Shown here one piece after another: positions 11,798 through 24,637 of a stretch of 64,000 bases of DNA. The stretch's first letter is position 1, and each line of letters starts with the position of its first letter. Where the stretch lies: assembly GCA_001662655.1 (NCBI GenBank), contig KV460212.1, one strand, 5' to 3'. The stretch is from Pseudogymnoascus verrucosus (taxonomy: Eukaryota). The notes below the pieces were generated by a model. It did no database searches and was not told the origin of the DNA. It was given only the letters and a program-made list of their open reading frames with translations. The translations under genes and the position numbers were made by a program.

Positions 11798-13087
11798 ATG
11801 CTGCTGCGTCACTGGCGACTTCGAAGCACCCCGACGTCTTGCCTACGATTATTCTCCCAGTCAAGTCGAAGGCAGGAAATCCGTGATCTCGCTCAGTTGC
11901 CAGATCGAATTATCCCCAAATACCTCGAGAGTCAACAAAGCGACCTCCTCTCCTTACAGTGGCCCTCTCCGCCACGAAACATACTCTTCGTCAAGAAAGA
12001 TGGTGCACCGGCCGTGACAGAGTCGATGATAGAGTACGCGAACTATATACATCAAAATTACGAAAATGTATCTCTGATATTTGAACCGCATGTCGCAACA
12101 TCTGTCCAATCATCCATACCGTTTCCAATCTACACTACCTCCGACAGCTCTGTCCTCTCGAGGAAGGCCGACATGACAACCACTCTTGGCGGCGACGGCA
12201 CAATTCTGCACGCCTCTGCCCTCTTTTCCACAACAACCCATGTTCCGCCACTCCTATCTTTCAGCATGGGCACGCTTGGGTTCTTGGGCGAATGGAAATT
12301 CGAGGAATTCAAGCGCGCCTTCCGTGAAGTCTACATGTCGGGCGCTGCAGCTGGTTCGCACCTCTTCCAGGACCAGCAGCACCCCCACGTTCAAGACATA
12401 GCCGGCGGTGAGACGGGAGATGTGACCGGCTGGTCATCTATACGTGGGAAGTCCATGGGGACATCCAGGCTATCAAAAGTCTTGTTGAGGAACAGGCTGA
12501 AAGTAGGCGTGTTTGATGCGAATGGGCAGAAAGTCAATAGCGATGGTACAGTTGAGAGTGAGGTGCGCGATATCCACGCCATGAACGAGGTTATCATCCA
12601 CAGGGGCGCAAACCCTCACATGGCCATCATTGAGATCTTCGTTGGTGGAAGATTTTTAACTGAAGCAGTAGCTGATGGGATGATCATTGCCACACCGACG
12701 GGTTCTACAGCGTACAGTCTTTCGAGTGGGGGTAGCATTATTCACCCCCTCGTGAGTAGCCTACTCATGACACCTATTTGTCCGAGAAGTCTCAGTTTCC
12801 GACCGCTTGTCTTACCGGCAAATACGCCACTGACTCTGCGGTTAAGCGAGAAAAACCGTGGTCGAGAGTTGGAGGTTAGCATTGACGGAAAGCGTAGCAG
12901 CATGGGTGTTGCCTGTGGCATGGAAATTCGGGTTCTGGGGGAGGATATTAAGCGTCCGGATGGGGCCTGGTCTGGCGGCGTACCATGCGTGATGCGGGGG
13001 ACGAAGAGCGGGATGAAACATGATGATGGATGGGTTGGGGGGCTGAACGGGCTGTTGAAATTCAACCATCCGTTCGGCGAGGAATAG
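11798..13087 (+). CDS. POS5: Mitochondrial NADH/NAD+ kinase (Pos5-like)
   Basis: Arg/Ser-rich presequence; NAD kinase motifs LGGDGTIL, GTLGFL, AMNEV, ADGMIIATPTGSTAYSLSSGG, TPICPRSLSFRP. Single-exon 429-aa ORF. Confidence 0.93.
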   Translation: MLLRHWRLRSTPTSCLRLFSQSSRRQEIRDLAQLPDRIIPKYLESQQSDLLSLQWPSPPRNILFVKKDGAPAVTESMIEYANYIHQNYENVSLIFEPHVATSVQSSIPFPIYTTSDSSVLSRKADMTTTLGGDGTILHASALFSTTTHVPPLLSFSMGTLGFLGEWKFEEFKRAFREVYMSGAAAGSHLFQDQQHPHVQDIAGGETGDVTGWSSIRGKSMGTSRLSKVLLRNRLKVGVFDANGQKVNSDGTVESEVRDIHAMNEVIIHRGANPHMAIIEIFVGGRFLTEAVADGMIIATPTGSTAYSLSSGGSIIHPLVSSLLMTPICPRSLSFRPLVLPANTPLTLRLSEKNRGRELEVSIDGKRSSMGVACGMEIRVLGEDIKRPDGAWSGGVPCVMRGTKSGMKHDDGWVGGLNGLLKFNHPFGEE

Positions 13088-13644
13088 AGGATTGTGACAC
13101 TACCATGGGACTCAAGAGACGGGAATACTCTGGTTTTAGAACTACCAGGCGCTGTTCAGATTATCTTGCGAGGTATCTGTGGACCCCAATGAGAGAAAGT
13201 CGATCTATAGGACCTATGATATAACGGCCTCTCATCATACGGTGCTAGCATTTATAACGCCAATATGCCGAATCTTACCACTGAGAATTATGACTCATTG
13301 GTAAGGTCGAAAGGCTACCGCTTATGCCGTGGGAGGAGACCTCCAATTCTGAACTTACTTGTGGGATGTCCTCTGGCTAGTTGGACTCATAAGAAGTCAT
13401 ACATATAACCCATTGCAATGGGGAGATAAGCATTTATTTCGTTAATTTAGCAGGAGTTTCAGGGTTGGGTGGGAGGCGCAACGGAGATGAGAAACCCCTA
13501 TTTAATAATCTCTATATATTATTTTACCGTGCATAACATATTCCACCCGAAATTCTCCTCCGTAGAAAATAGAAAACTAATGATTATTAGTAAAAAATTT
13601 TGACCGACCACAATCCCTGAGAATGGTAATAAGAAGCCAACAGT

Positions 13645-14170
13645 CTATTGCAGCATTTGCTCAGAGCACAGGGCTACAGGGTTAGATCCTGCGGCGGAAA
13701 CATAGGTCGATAGGACCAAGCTCGCGAATGGCGTGAGGCGAGCATAATGCTAGAGCTGGGAGCATGGTGATTTAAACACTGAGTAAAAGCTTCCATGACG
13801 ATGTCAGACTCCTCAGGCTCGATGTTGACAGTGTAGGTTATTCTGCCCCACCAGTTCCCGCAGAATACAGGGTCGGAGGTTTGATCGAGGAAAATCGGTG
13901 GAAAGTGGAGCTTGTAAGAAAGTTAGCAGTAGCAACCCCGGATAGGAGGTTCTTAAGCTGGGGAAGGTTTACTTGGAGGCCTTGAGTCGCAAGAAACAAT
14001 ACCGTGCTCGTTATTCTTGTGTATTGTGCGGCTCCCTCAAGTGGCTCAAGGTCATGGAGTAGGATCTGAACCACAGGCCCTGCAGGATCAACCAAGTCGC
14101 AAGTCATATCTGTAGGACTTCGTGGATTTTTCAGAAGGTTAGATTTGCCTTCAAGATTCAGATGGGAGAA
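13645..14170 (-). pseudogene. Possible degraded gene relic in an AT-rich intergenic block
   Basis: Intron-like GTAAAC...GCTAAC...ACAAG flanked by short protein-like frames (e.g. FCGNWWGRITYTVNIEPEESDIVMEAF). No clear start and no recognisable family. Confidence 0.2.
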
Positions 14171-15907
14171 AGTAAAATAGAGGATAGGGTATAGGAGAAC
14201 GTTAAATAATTAGATTTTAATAAAACATGCCATGCATTTAATGTAAATTAATAAGAGTTATATTATAATATGATCTGATTCATGACATGGTAGAAACTTG
14301 TCTAGGCAGTTAGTATGGTAAACCAGAAAATACCACTAGATTTCGATGTGTATTTCTGTATTTAATAATTGCTCTAATAAGCAGTGGTGCGCCTGATCTT
14401 ATATAAAACGAACACTCGTAGGGGCCTGTTTATGGCTATTTATGACTGTATATGACAGAGAATTTATAGTCGCAATTTAAGCTGATACGATCCCTCTCTT
14501 AAACTCTTTTTCCAAGTAGCTTATAATAAGTTATATCAGCTAATAGCTTTTATTTTAATTGCAGCTACTATAAACACCGATGTCATGTACAGCCCTTATT
14601 CGGGCTTTTGGGCAGCACGAGTACTCATACCCATACCGCCTAAATGTTTGAAGTGATAAGATAAGATCTGACAACACTCCCAAGAGGGAACAGACCCCTA
14701 TTAAAGTGGGGTGCGCGCCCTGAACCGGAAGCTATCCCTTTCGGGATGTGACGAGTTCAAATAAACCACTTGAAGCCGAATCCTACTTCAAGGACAAGCC
14801 ACGGGCGGCTATATGATTGATATCGGCAAGATATGTTATTCGGTTGCAAAGCGAAGCTCATTAGATCACCGGACCCACCATCTGCGCGTCCTGGTCGAGC
14901 AAACGGACAAAAAGGACGCAAATGGGGTATTCATTGCGGCAGCCTGATTATGGGAGGAGCCACTACTGTGCTGCGAGACATTGTTATCATGCTCCGTCCG
15001 CGAGGTGATGTGATGGAAAATCCCCCATGCCCATGCCGAAATCTCGAAATGTCTCACACGTCAAAGGCCCTTCCCCTCATCCTCCAGTAAGGCTCAGGAG
15101 GAGACGAAACGTCCCCACTAATAGCACAATTCGAGGGTCTTGAGTTCGCCGATCTACGAGGTTGAAAGTCAGCTTCTCTGATTCTATGATATCATGTTGC
15201 TAATATGGCAATAAAGCCCGAGACATGGAGGACAAGGAGCCCATGATGAGCACTAAGAACCGCGAGCGAGACTTCGTGTCACAGAATGTAATGACCATCA
15301 CGTGGCACATATACTCTCCCCCTCCACTTCCCGCCTCCGGGTTCCCATTCCTGCGCGCCCCGGGCGGTTCTTTGTGCTGAAACTGCCCTTGGACTCTCCC
15401 TCTCATCACCCGGCGCCAACGCAGGTACTACACAAGTGGGACGATCACTTCCGCTCGTGCCCTGGCTGCCGCCACCAGCCCGCCGCACGTCCTCACGCTA
15501 GCTGCTCTGTGTGACCTCTGCATATCTGCATGGTTATGGGCCAATCGGGACCTACGCCTTGTCATGCGCGGAGAACACGCCACAAAGACCGTAATTGCGA
15601 TGTTGGAATGGGTGCACAAAGTTCGTTGTCTGAGTGCAACATGCGCCACTGCGCTGCTCCGTTTACGGCCAGGGATGTGGGTGCCTGGGGTTCTGATCTG
15701 GGACCTGGGGGTCTATCCTGGAATCGCGGCTGCTGGGGTTCTTTTGAATCCGCATTCCACGCTTTGGACTGACCTACATGCATCCTAAGAAGCAAGGGTT
15801 GTCAATCAGTTGCAGGACGGTTGCGTAAGAGTGCATCCACGGATCTCACTCTGAATCACGGCTCATTCAGCAAGGGCTGTCTATAACTGCCCCAAGGCCG
15901 CGCCAGT

Positions 15908-16780
15908 ATGGCTCCTTCAAATTCAAAGATCGCTGGTGCTCGACTACAGCAGCTTCAGCGCGTCATGGAGGAGAGCTCACGAAGACCATTCATTCGGGCC
16001 TATGGCCAAGCAGATCTCGAGGCTATCATGCACATTGTGAGTTTTTGGCCCCATTTGCTCCCCCCCAGAGCCCAAATCCCATGCCACCTATAACTTACAA
16101 ATCCCAATATGAAACGAGCACAGAAAGCTAATCCGCTCCAGTGCCGTGTTACTGCCCACTCAGCCGCAGCCCAGGAACCAGCCAACACCATCGTTCCTCT
16201 CATCTTTGCCCTCCCATATGTCATCCTTCATCCTGAATACACCTTCGTCCTTGACAACGGACATGGTGACTGCGTGGGCTACTGCGTCGCCGCACCATGT
16301 TCAGCAACCTACCTGGAACGCTACAAATCCGAGTACCTCCCCACCATCGACCGCTCACTCTACCCACCTCCACCACCTTGTCCTGGGGCCATAGCCGGCA
16401 ACGAGATCGAGCGCATAGGCAAGAATGGAGACGTGGCCGCCGCCCTCATGCAGCGCCTATACTACCCGGACGAATCGGTGCTACATAGCAAATGGCCGGG
16501 TCTACTTAAAGACTATCCAGCCCACCTCCATATCGATATCCTACCCGAGTACCAGGGCCACGGCGGAGGTAAGAACCTCATAGCAGCACTCTTGGCGAAA
16601 CTCCAGGCCGACAGCGTGCGTGGCATCCATCTCATGAAGTCCGGCGAGAACAAGGGCGCCGAAGTATTCTACGGTCGAATGGGATTCGAGCGATACCCTG
16701 TTATCATGGATGGGGGTGAGAGCGGGGAGATCGGGCGTAAAACCGGGGGAGGAGTTTGCATGGTTCAGAAGTCGAGCTAA
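15908..16780 (+). CDS. GNAT-family N-acetyltransferase
   Basis: Exon 1 ends FIRAYGQADLEAIMHI; intron 16037-16141; exon 2 has YPAHLHIDILPEYQGHGGGKNLI (motif A QxxGxG) and FYGRMGF. Confidence 0.88.
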
Positions 16781-19354
16781 TGGGTTTACTTGCACGGCTT
16801 CAGCTGAATGGGAAATGGAGCTAAAGAAGGGGCGTCGGGGAAGTGCCGGAGCACACAGGAAGGGGAGTTCTGGCTTACTATTTCTTCTGTACACGAGGTG
16901 ATGGCGCGAGCCGCAGGTTCCGACGGCGTGGTAAGGTGTTTAGCTGCTTTTAATGGAAGATTTTTGATTGGTCTGATGCATTCTTCGCCGTATCCATGCA
17001 TGCAATCATTTCGCTGATAACGAATCGGAGGGTGGCGCCCAGGATGCTTGCGCATGCCACCTGTACAAGGCCAGAGAGCCGGGACTTCGTAGTTTGTTTC
17101 GAAGAGCGCAAGGCTTGCAAAGCGAGAAGTTGTGCCGCCAGTGGGCTGTGAGGTGGGATGGTAGGTGTGGTGGGGGCTTCAGGGGCGCATGCGGGCGCGG
17201 GGATGTTGGAGCGCCCCGGGACGATCACCCATTTACCCGATCACGATTGCTGGTACGAACATGCGAGCAAGCTGTAGGGATTTGTCTGTTGGGACTCAGC
17301 CGTAAGGGTTCAGCTGTAGATTTACCTGTAGGGATTCTGTAGAGTAGGTTACTTCCAATTTCGAAATACACCAGGAGTTATGGGTTGTGATGGGTGGGTT
17401 CGACTACAGAGCGTGTTCTGGATTCCCTTGCGTGGATCCCGCGCGAGGATCCCTTGCATGAGGGAAATGGCGTGTGCGCGGGATTGGCCAGCTAGCAAAC
17501 GAAGAGGATATCGGTTCCGTTCCACCCGTGTTTGCTCCCGTGGGGAATGGCTCCTTCGGCCGTGTTTGCTCTATCGAGGGCAGCCTTCTGCCGACCCTTT
17601 CCCGTGGCTCCGTCCGCAGCCTCTCTAGTATCACGAACGCCAAGTCTAGATGCCGCGCTATTTGTTTCATATCTCATTATTTGGTACTAAGATTTACGTC
17701 GCGGGGCTAGCGGACTGATACTGGAGGGAGCACCACCAAATGGCAAACACAACCTAGACATTCCTGTTTTTGTTGAGCGAGTACAGTAGAGTACCTCAGC
17801 TTAGCGTACCAATTTAGGGCGCGAGGGTGGGAGCTGAAAACCATATGGGATTGCGACCCTCGGAGATGAGGGGGGTGTAAGGATGTCGTGGGGTCTGTCT
17901 GGGGTCAGGGACTGGGGTCGGGAATGAAATTTTGGGGTCAGCTGGGGTTTTATAGAGTATGATTGAGCCCAAGGATCTGGGTGTGAAGAAGAAAGAACCC
18001 GGTTTTAGGGGTATTAATTAACACAATATACGAGTTGCCCAGATAAGAAGATGCAGCATGTGCAGTAAGCCTTGCAATACTTATAATGGGTCATCTGGGC
18101 AGTCGCTATGGGGCGGGTTAAGTAAATTTCCGACGACCATTGCCTTGACACATACATTTGTTTTCATTGTTTGTACGCACTGTACCTAACAATAAAAGCG
18201 TACAATATAGCCAGCTTCCGACGTCGTATTTACTCCAAGATGAGAACAACTTCCGATGAACTTCTGATTCGTGCTCAGCTGTGTGCAGATGCTGTCACCT
18301 CGCCATGGCTGGTGTTCTCGTATCAGTTGTCCCAGTTTGTCGTTGGTTTGGCCGTACCGAATACGTACCCGCACCTCGGGCAGGGCCGGGCCGTCGCGTG
18401 GGATGTCCAAAATAGAAGCTTCAGCACACAGTCATGCGCTAGGGCCCAAGTCTCCGAGCTGTCGGAAATGAAACAGAGATCAAAGAACTATGGTCGTTCG
18501 CTCCGTATACGAATGTTATATCCCCGCATCTATTTCGCTGGGTATATTGAGGTGGTGACAAAGCGACCGCAAACTCTCGCAGTCAAGCTGATAATCCGCA
18601 ACAGTACCGAGCATTTCTCCCGGTTATTTGTCAACATTCCCCACAGCAGTGAAGTTGATGCATAGGTGAGACAGTAAACTTGGGTTTACAGACTCGACAC
18701 AGTTTAAAAGGATTATAGGAGGCCAGTCTGTTGCCGGTGGTATCCACTAGGGTAAAACTATTTGAACTATAGGGCACTATGGTAGCCTGATCCTGCGCCT
18801 GCCGGTTGTTACACAGCAATGCTAGCCATCGATCTTGCATTCTGGCCGAAAAGCCCCCGCTACTACAGAACCTGTGTCCTGAAAAAGATATAGTGGATGT
18901 GCCACAACGAGCACTCTTCTTTAAATTTTATCGCGAATATTGAGAGGCAGCTCCGTCTCCTCCTTTCCAACCATCCTGCCATCTCTTCAATTCCCACAAT
19001 CAAGACACTAGCTGTTTCAGGCTGGCACAGGCTCTCTCAGCTCGAGAGCGACTCAGCCTTAATGAAGAAGACTGCCAAGAAAGCAAATGTGAGGTACTGT
19101 AAGTCACTCGTACTATACTGGACTGTGCAGTATAGAACTGCGCTAGGCAGCGTGGGCGATGGGAGATCGTCCCTTGAGCACATGGCAGGTGCGGAACAGC
19201 TCAAAGTCTTTCTTCATCCCCTCCCCTTTCTCCATCTCTGTCAATATGCTCGAGTATCCCATTGTCATTACAAGCCCCTCCAACCCTCGCCATGGAAGCC
19301 CGCGCCTCAATGTTCTCTAGGCTCCTGCCAAGGCTCCTATCGCAATGCATGTAC

Positions 19355-19364
19355 TATATATAAA
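19355..19364 (+). promoter_or_regulatory. TATA box
   Basis: TATATATAAA about 220 nt upstream of ATG 19582. Confidence 0.45.
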
Positions 19365-19581
19365 TCGAGTCGCTTCCCTGTAAGCCTCGTTTTTGAAATT
19401 CCACCTCTAAAAACCCCAGCTTATAACCACCCCTTTCTCTTCTCCCTCGCGCCCCCAAGGCTGTGCACAGCATCCGTATTCTTATATTTAATTACCCCCC
19501 AGACACGATGCTACAACCTTCGGCAGCTAGTATACTTTTTTTTTCATTTCATCAAGTCTCCGATCGTCTTTGTCGCCAACC

Positions 19582-20586
19582 ATGACTAAACTTCTCATCA
19601 TTTTGTCACTATTTACATACACGGTCTCAGGTGCTCCTGATCATTTCAGGCTGTGGTTTCCTCAATATGGCCCAACATTTGAAGGTTATGTGAGGTCATG
19701 CAAAGAAACATATGACGCCTACAGAGAGGATAAACCTTGTCGCCCGGTAAATTATGTAGGGTGCCAATCTGGAAGAATGATCCATTGTCTCCTAAGCCAA
19801 GCCACCGAGTCTTTGAAAGCAAACATGGCGTCGGCTGGCGTTATTTTAGGGCTCCTCCCCACTACACTGTGTCTAGTCGGGTTGAGCACCGTTGAGACTG
19901 GTCTTTTAGCCTATCGGCGGCCTTTATTATCGCTGCTCCTAGCTTCTGGAGCACCGGCAATTTCTCCAAGCCGAATTTTTGACTATCGAGACTCAATAGA
20001 GCTACTCCGAAATAGGTCTACCTACATCAATACACCTAAATTTACACCAACGTGGGCGGCAATAATAGTCACCCTCCAGTACATACTCGCATCCGTTGCA
20101 ATTGCCAACTTAGCGCACGTTAGCTGGGAACTGTGTATCAAGACAGTTTGCAGTTTCTCTTCGGACACAGCGTTCCAACCCGCACTCTGGGCGTTTGTAG
20201 CTATACCCATCCATCTAATGGGACGACTTGCAGTGGCACTCCGTTTCCGTTGCGAAATATCGGAGTTAGAACCTGGAGAGCGTTCATGGGCAAGGAGGCT
20301 TCGAGAGGAGTTTCAGCTGACTGCAAGACACTCGCCTGCCACACTTCACACTAAACAGGAAGCGTATTCGTTTATATTTTGCTCCTGGTGCACATCAACT
20401 GGGGCAGTCTTGCACATCATGTACGGCACACTTGTTTTCTCAAGCATTTTGTTCATTAGTGCACAGGACGCAATAAAGGTAGCGGCGAGGTATCTATGCT
20501 CTACTCTTATCTGCAGGATCATTCTTAAGTTCGAAATTATAGGGATGCGTGGTGTGATGGAGATTGAGAAAGAATCTAAAGAATAG
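19582..20586 (+). CDS. Conserved fungal hypothetical membrane protein with signal peptide
   Basis: Single ORF: MTKLLIILSLFTYTVSG signal peptide, Cys-containing luminal N-region, KANMASAGVILGLLPT, RRPLLSLLLASGAP, about five hydrophobic helices, YGTLVFSSILFI. Confidence 0.8.
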   Translation: MTKLLIILSLFTYTVSGAPDHFRLWFPQYGPTFEGYVRSCKETYDAYREDKPCRPVNYVGCQSGRMIHCLLSQATESLKANMASAGVILGLLPTTLCLVGLSTVETGLLAYRRPLLSLLLASGAPAISPSRIFDYRDSIELLRNRSTYINTPKFTPTWAAIIVTLQYILASVAIANLAHVSWELCIKTVCSFSSDTAFQPALWAFVAIPIHLMGRLAVALRFRCEISELEPGERSWARRLREEFQLTARHSPATLHTKQEAYSFIFCSWCTSTGAVLHIMYGTLVFSSILFISAQDAIKVAARYLCSTLICRIILKFEIIGMRGVMEIEKESKE

Positions 20587-21668
20587 CTTAGTAAAGAACA
20601 CAAGTTTGTGCGTGAAACATTAATGAATCTAACCGTCATGCACCTAATAACGGCGTGAAAAGGTTGTTCATGGAGGACTTCGCCCAGAATGGATCCGGAG
20701 TGTGGATAATTGGAGGCCGCCACACCCTTTAAATTGTAATATGTGCCGCCCCAACTGACGAAAGAAGTCGATAGATTTAACTAAGAAACCAACAAGGTTC
20801 GAGGATAAATATTAGTTGCAAGGCATTGGTAGGGTGTATATAATTGAGCGAATTTCTTGCACGGAGGACGCCCAACCATGAAATGGTAAAAAACGAGGCC
20901 AATTTGTACGTGGTTTCCGTTAGTATTTATTTTGCGTCTTCACAAGAAACTGTGAAGGAAACTTAATAACTATAAGTCTACATCGATCTAACAGTCTAGA
21001 GTATTTCCCTTCTGTTGAGTTATTGTGGTGTTTGTCTTTGCCTCTGTTAGAATTTGCGGGGTTGGCATATGGGATGAAACCTTCGGTGGATAGCTGTCCT
21101 GAGAGGAAATTATCCCGGCCCCTTCAATAGGTCAGTTTGGCCAGTACACCAAAATTGCAATATATACGGCTCATCAGGCCGAATGTGTGGGGTTGTCACT
21201 AGATCACAAGGTTTCCCCATATTAATTAAAGCGCGGCGCCGTCGGCCCTTGCTCCTCTAACCGGAGGACGACGAGTAACGCCACGACACACCTCCGTAGC
21301 CCTCTTACTTACCTGGGCTTTTACGCCACGATTCATTCCCCATACTTAAGCTTATCACTCTGCCTGGAATTTACTGGGCAATCCTGCGCGGTAGCCCGGC
21401 AGTGATTTTGGCAGGCCAAAAGTACAATGGGAAAATAAGCTCAACATGACAGATTTCCCAGATGGCTTGGGCCTCCCGGCTTGGCCATCCGGATCAGCGT
21501 CACTTATAGTATTTACCAATGCCCGAATGACGCTAATCTTGGCCAGATTGAACCGTTTCAGGGTTTAATAAGCTTTAATCACAACCTCGGAGGTCTGGTT
21601 CCGTGGCATCATGGCAACTCGAGCCTGCTCCTTGAGCGGGGCTGGCCGAGAAGTCCAGCACGTCTCTC

Positions 21669-21676
21669 TATATAAA
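21669..21676 (+). promoter_or_regulatory. TATA box of the cellulase gene
   Basis: TATATAAA about 75 nt upstream of ATG 21748. Confidence 0.55.
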
Positions 21677-21747
21677 GAGACTTACGCCTCCACGATCACT
21701 TCGTTAGCCAAGGTTTTATTCATATCTGCTCAATCGCCTTTGAAAAA

Positions 21748-23014
21748 ATGAGGTTTTACCAGCCCTTAGCCGGTGCGTTGCTCATCGGTGCTGCCCAAGC
21801 ACAGCAAGGAGCATGGGCTCAATGTGGAGGACAAGGTTGGACTGGCGGGAAAACATGTGTGTCAGGTTACCAATGCGTTTATTCGAACGACTGGTACTCT
21901 CAGTGCCTCCCTGGTACTGCCTCAACGCCGACTACTACCGCTGCTCAAACTACTACCGCTCCTGCTCAAACCACTACTGCAACGAACCCTTCAGCGACAG
22001 GCTGGAAGTGGCTTGGTGTCGATGAGTCCGGTGCTGAGTTCGGACAAGGAAGCCTTCCCGGTGTCTATGGCAAGGACTTTATCTTTGCTTCGACCGATGT
22101 TCTTGGTGTATGGACTCCCCAAACGATGACATACCTTTCAACTAACCATTTGATAGTCGCTTATGAAAGAAGGCTATAACATTTTCCGTGTGCCCTTCCT
22201 CATGGAGCGCATGGCGCCCGGCGGAGTCGGATCGGCATTCTCAGCGGCCTATCTTGCGAACTACACTGTTGCAATCAACTACATCACTCAGAACGGAGGA
22301 TACGCTGTTGTCGACCCTCACAACTTTGGCCGGTACAACGGTGCTATCATCACGGATACGAATGCATTCGGCACCTTTTTCAAAACCCTAGCAACGGCCT
22401 TCAAGAGCAACGCCAAAGTTGTAAGTCAAGTCCTCCCCTAAGAGCTCTCTCACCCAAACTAATCCAACCAGATCTTCGACACAAACAACGAGTACCACGA
22501 CATGGACCAAACCCTTGTCCTAAACCTAAACCAGGCCGCCATCAACGCCATCCGTGCCGCCGGCGCCACCTCCCAATACATCTTCGTAGAGGGCAACTCC
22601 TACAGCGGAGCCTGGACCTGGGCCAACGTCAACGACAACCTCAAGGCTCTCACCGACCCCCAGAACAAGATCATCTACCAGATGCACCAGTACCTCGACT
22701 CCGACGGATCCGGAACATCGGATGCCTGCGTCTCCTCCACCATCGGCGTCGAGCGCGTGACCAGCGCGACGGCATGGCTGCGCGCGAATAAGAAGATCGG
22801 CATCATTGGTGAGTTTGCGGGCGGTGCTAACAGCCAGTGCAAGACTGCTGTTACCGGCCTGCTGCAGCACTTGAAGACGAACTCGGATGTGTGGACTGGT
22901 GCTATGTGGTGGGGTGGTGGCCCATGGTGGGGTAACTACATCTATGGCTTTGAGCCCCCGAGTGGTACTGGGTATACGTACTACGACTCTACTCTCCTGC
23001 AGTTCCGCCCATGA
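21748..23014 (+). CDS. Secreted endo-beta-1,4-glucanase, CBM1 + GH5 (subfamily 5-like)
   Basis: Signal peptide; CBM1 [21 protein letters not shown]...WYSQC; Thr-rich linker; [26 protein letters not shown] (acid/base Glu), [18 protein letters not shown] (nucleophile Glu). Introns 22108-22156 and ~22421-22471. Confidence 0.95.
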
Positions 23015-23197
23015 TAGGTTTGTCCATTGACAAGGGACGGTACTGAGGGGTGATTTGTAAATAGCCGTTACATTCTTCTCACATATTTTGTGGTAACATT
23101 GGAAGCTTCACGCTGACATCTTTAAATAAAATCCTTACCACTCATTTCCAACAAGAGAGACTAGAATATCTGAAGTTCCTCATCATCAGCTTAGATC

Positions 23198-24126
23198 TCA
23201 AACCACCTCAGAAACGACCTTCCTCGCAACCACAAGCAAATGATCCCCAGTCCCCACATCCAAATCCTCAGCCGCCCCCAACGCAACCTCAAACCACCTC
23301 CTAAACCCCTCCTCATCCAACCCATTCAACCCCGCCGCCAACCCCCCACCCAAAAACGACTCACAAGCCACCATCCTCTCCACCTCCAACCTCACCCCCA
23401 CCTCCCCCTCCCGTCCAACACACGTCCCAAAAAGCGCCCCCACCTCCTCCCGATACGTATGATGCCCTACATTCCTTGGATTCCTCGTATACTGCCCCGT
23501 CTCCAAATACTCCGCATAAAACCCCGCCTCCATCACCAGCCTCAGCGGCTCTCGCTGTGCTAGGTCACGGAGATGCGCGTACTTCGTCACGAAAGCTGCG
23601 ATTACGAATCCACCCCGCTTAGTGGCTGTCATGCATGAGTGTAGGACGTGGAGGCGTTCGTCGATGGAGAGGAGATGGTAGAGTGGTCCCTGGCAGAGGA
23701 CGAGGTCATAGTAGTTCTCTCGGAACACCTCTTGGACGCTGCGGATATCGAGAGCGTTGGCGCAGGTGATATTTGCCAGGGCCACGCCGGATTCTTGAGC
23801 ATGTAGTCTAGCTTGCTCGAGCTCGGTTTGGGAAATATCGACGAGTGTTACATTGTGCCCTTGCTTGGCTAATTCGACGGCTGGTTTGGGGGTGTTAGAG
23901 TCGCGGCGATGCGAGGAGGTGGCGTCTTAGATCACGAACCATAGCGGCCTGTGCCTCCACCGAGATCGAGGATTTCCTTTGGTCCGGTGGTGGGTGGGAG
24001 GGAGGAGAGGGATTGTTGGATTATGTGGAGGGAGATGGCGAATTCGAGGCGGTTGGTGATGAGGCGGTTGTGTTCGAGGTTGGCGTTGGCGTTGTACCAC
24101 CCTGCTACTGTGGATGTGGATGTCAT
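23198..24126 (-). CDS. Class I SAM-dependent methyltransferase
   Basis: Motif I ILDLGGGTGRY; intron 23881-23939; VTLVDISQTEL; YDLVLCQGPLYHL. Confidence 0.88.
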
Positions 24127-24637
24127 ATTGGGGGTTTGTTATTTATGAGGTTCTAATTTTTATGTTCTGTAAATGTGATATATGTGCCTATTTTTTTTAA
24201 CGACGGTCTGAGTAACAAGTTCTGCTGCAAATATTTCTAATTGTTATATCGGTGGTGATGCGGCATTTTTATCATCGTCAAAATGCCTCAATCTAACATC
24301 GTCTCGTTTTATACCAGTTAACATGCGGCTTCTCACCTTTCTAAAATTACGAACACATCTAGTTATTTATCAACTAGCTGCTTTTACGCGTTAAAGTTCA
24401 TCGACGTAAGCACGGAGTATTTATCAACGGGTTAATCTCACAAGACGGCAGCATCTGCAGATCTCCCCTGTCACCACCTTCGCCAAGATCACATGCGGCT
24501 GTACAAGGATATATGAACAACCTTACCCACAAACACGCGGTCCATAAGTGGATAAGCTTTCAAGCACCGTCCACCATGTCGGAAGGTGTCAACTTCCCAT
24601 GCCTCACGCACACAGCTTTTCCGCCAACTACTGCAAA

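Noticed and set aside
18897..19589. 230-aa ORF upstream of the membrane protein gene
   Set aside because: Runs through the TATA box and 5' UTR of the 19582 gene; no recognisable motifs or coding-like composition.
21050..21710. CreA (SYGGRG) and XlnR/ClrB-like sites upstream of the cellulase
   Set aside because: Short degenerate matches expected by chance; no canonical CGG-N8-CCG noticed.
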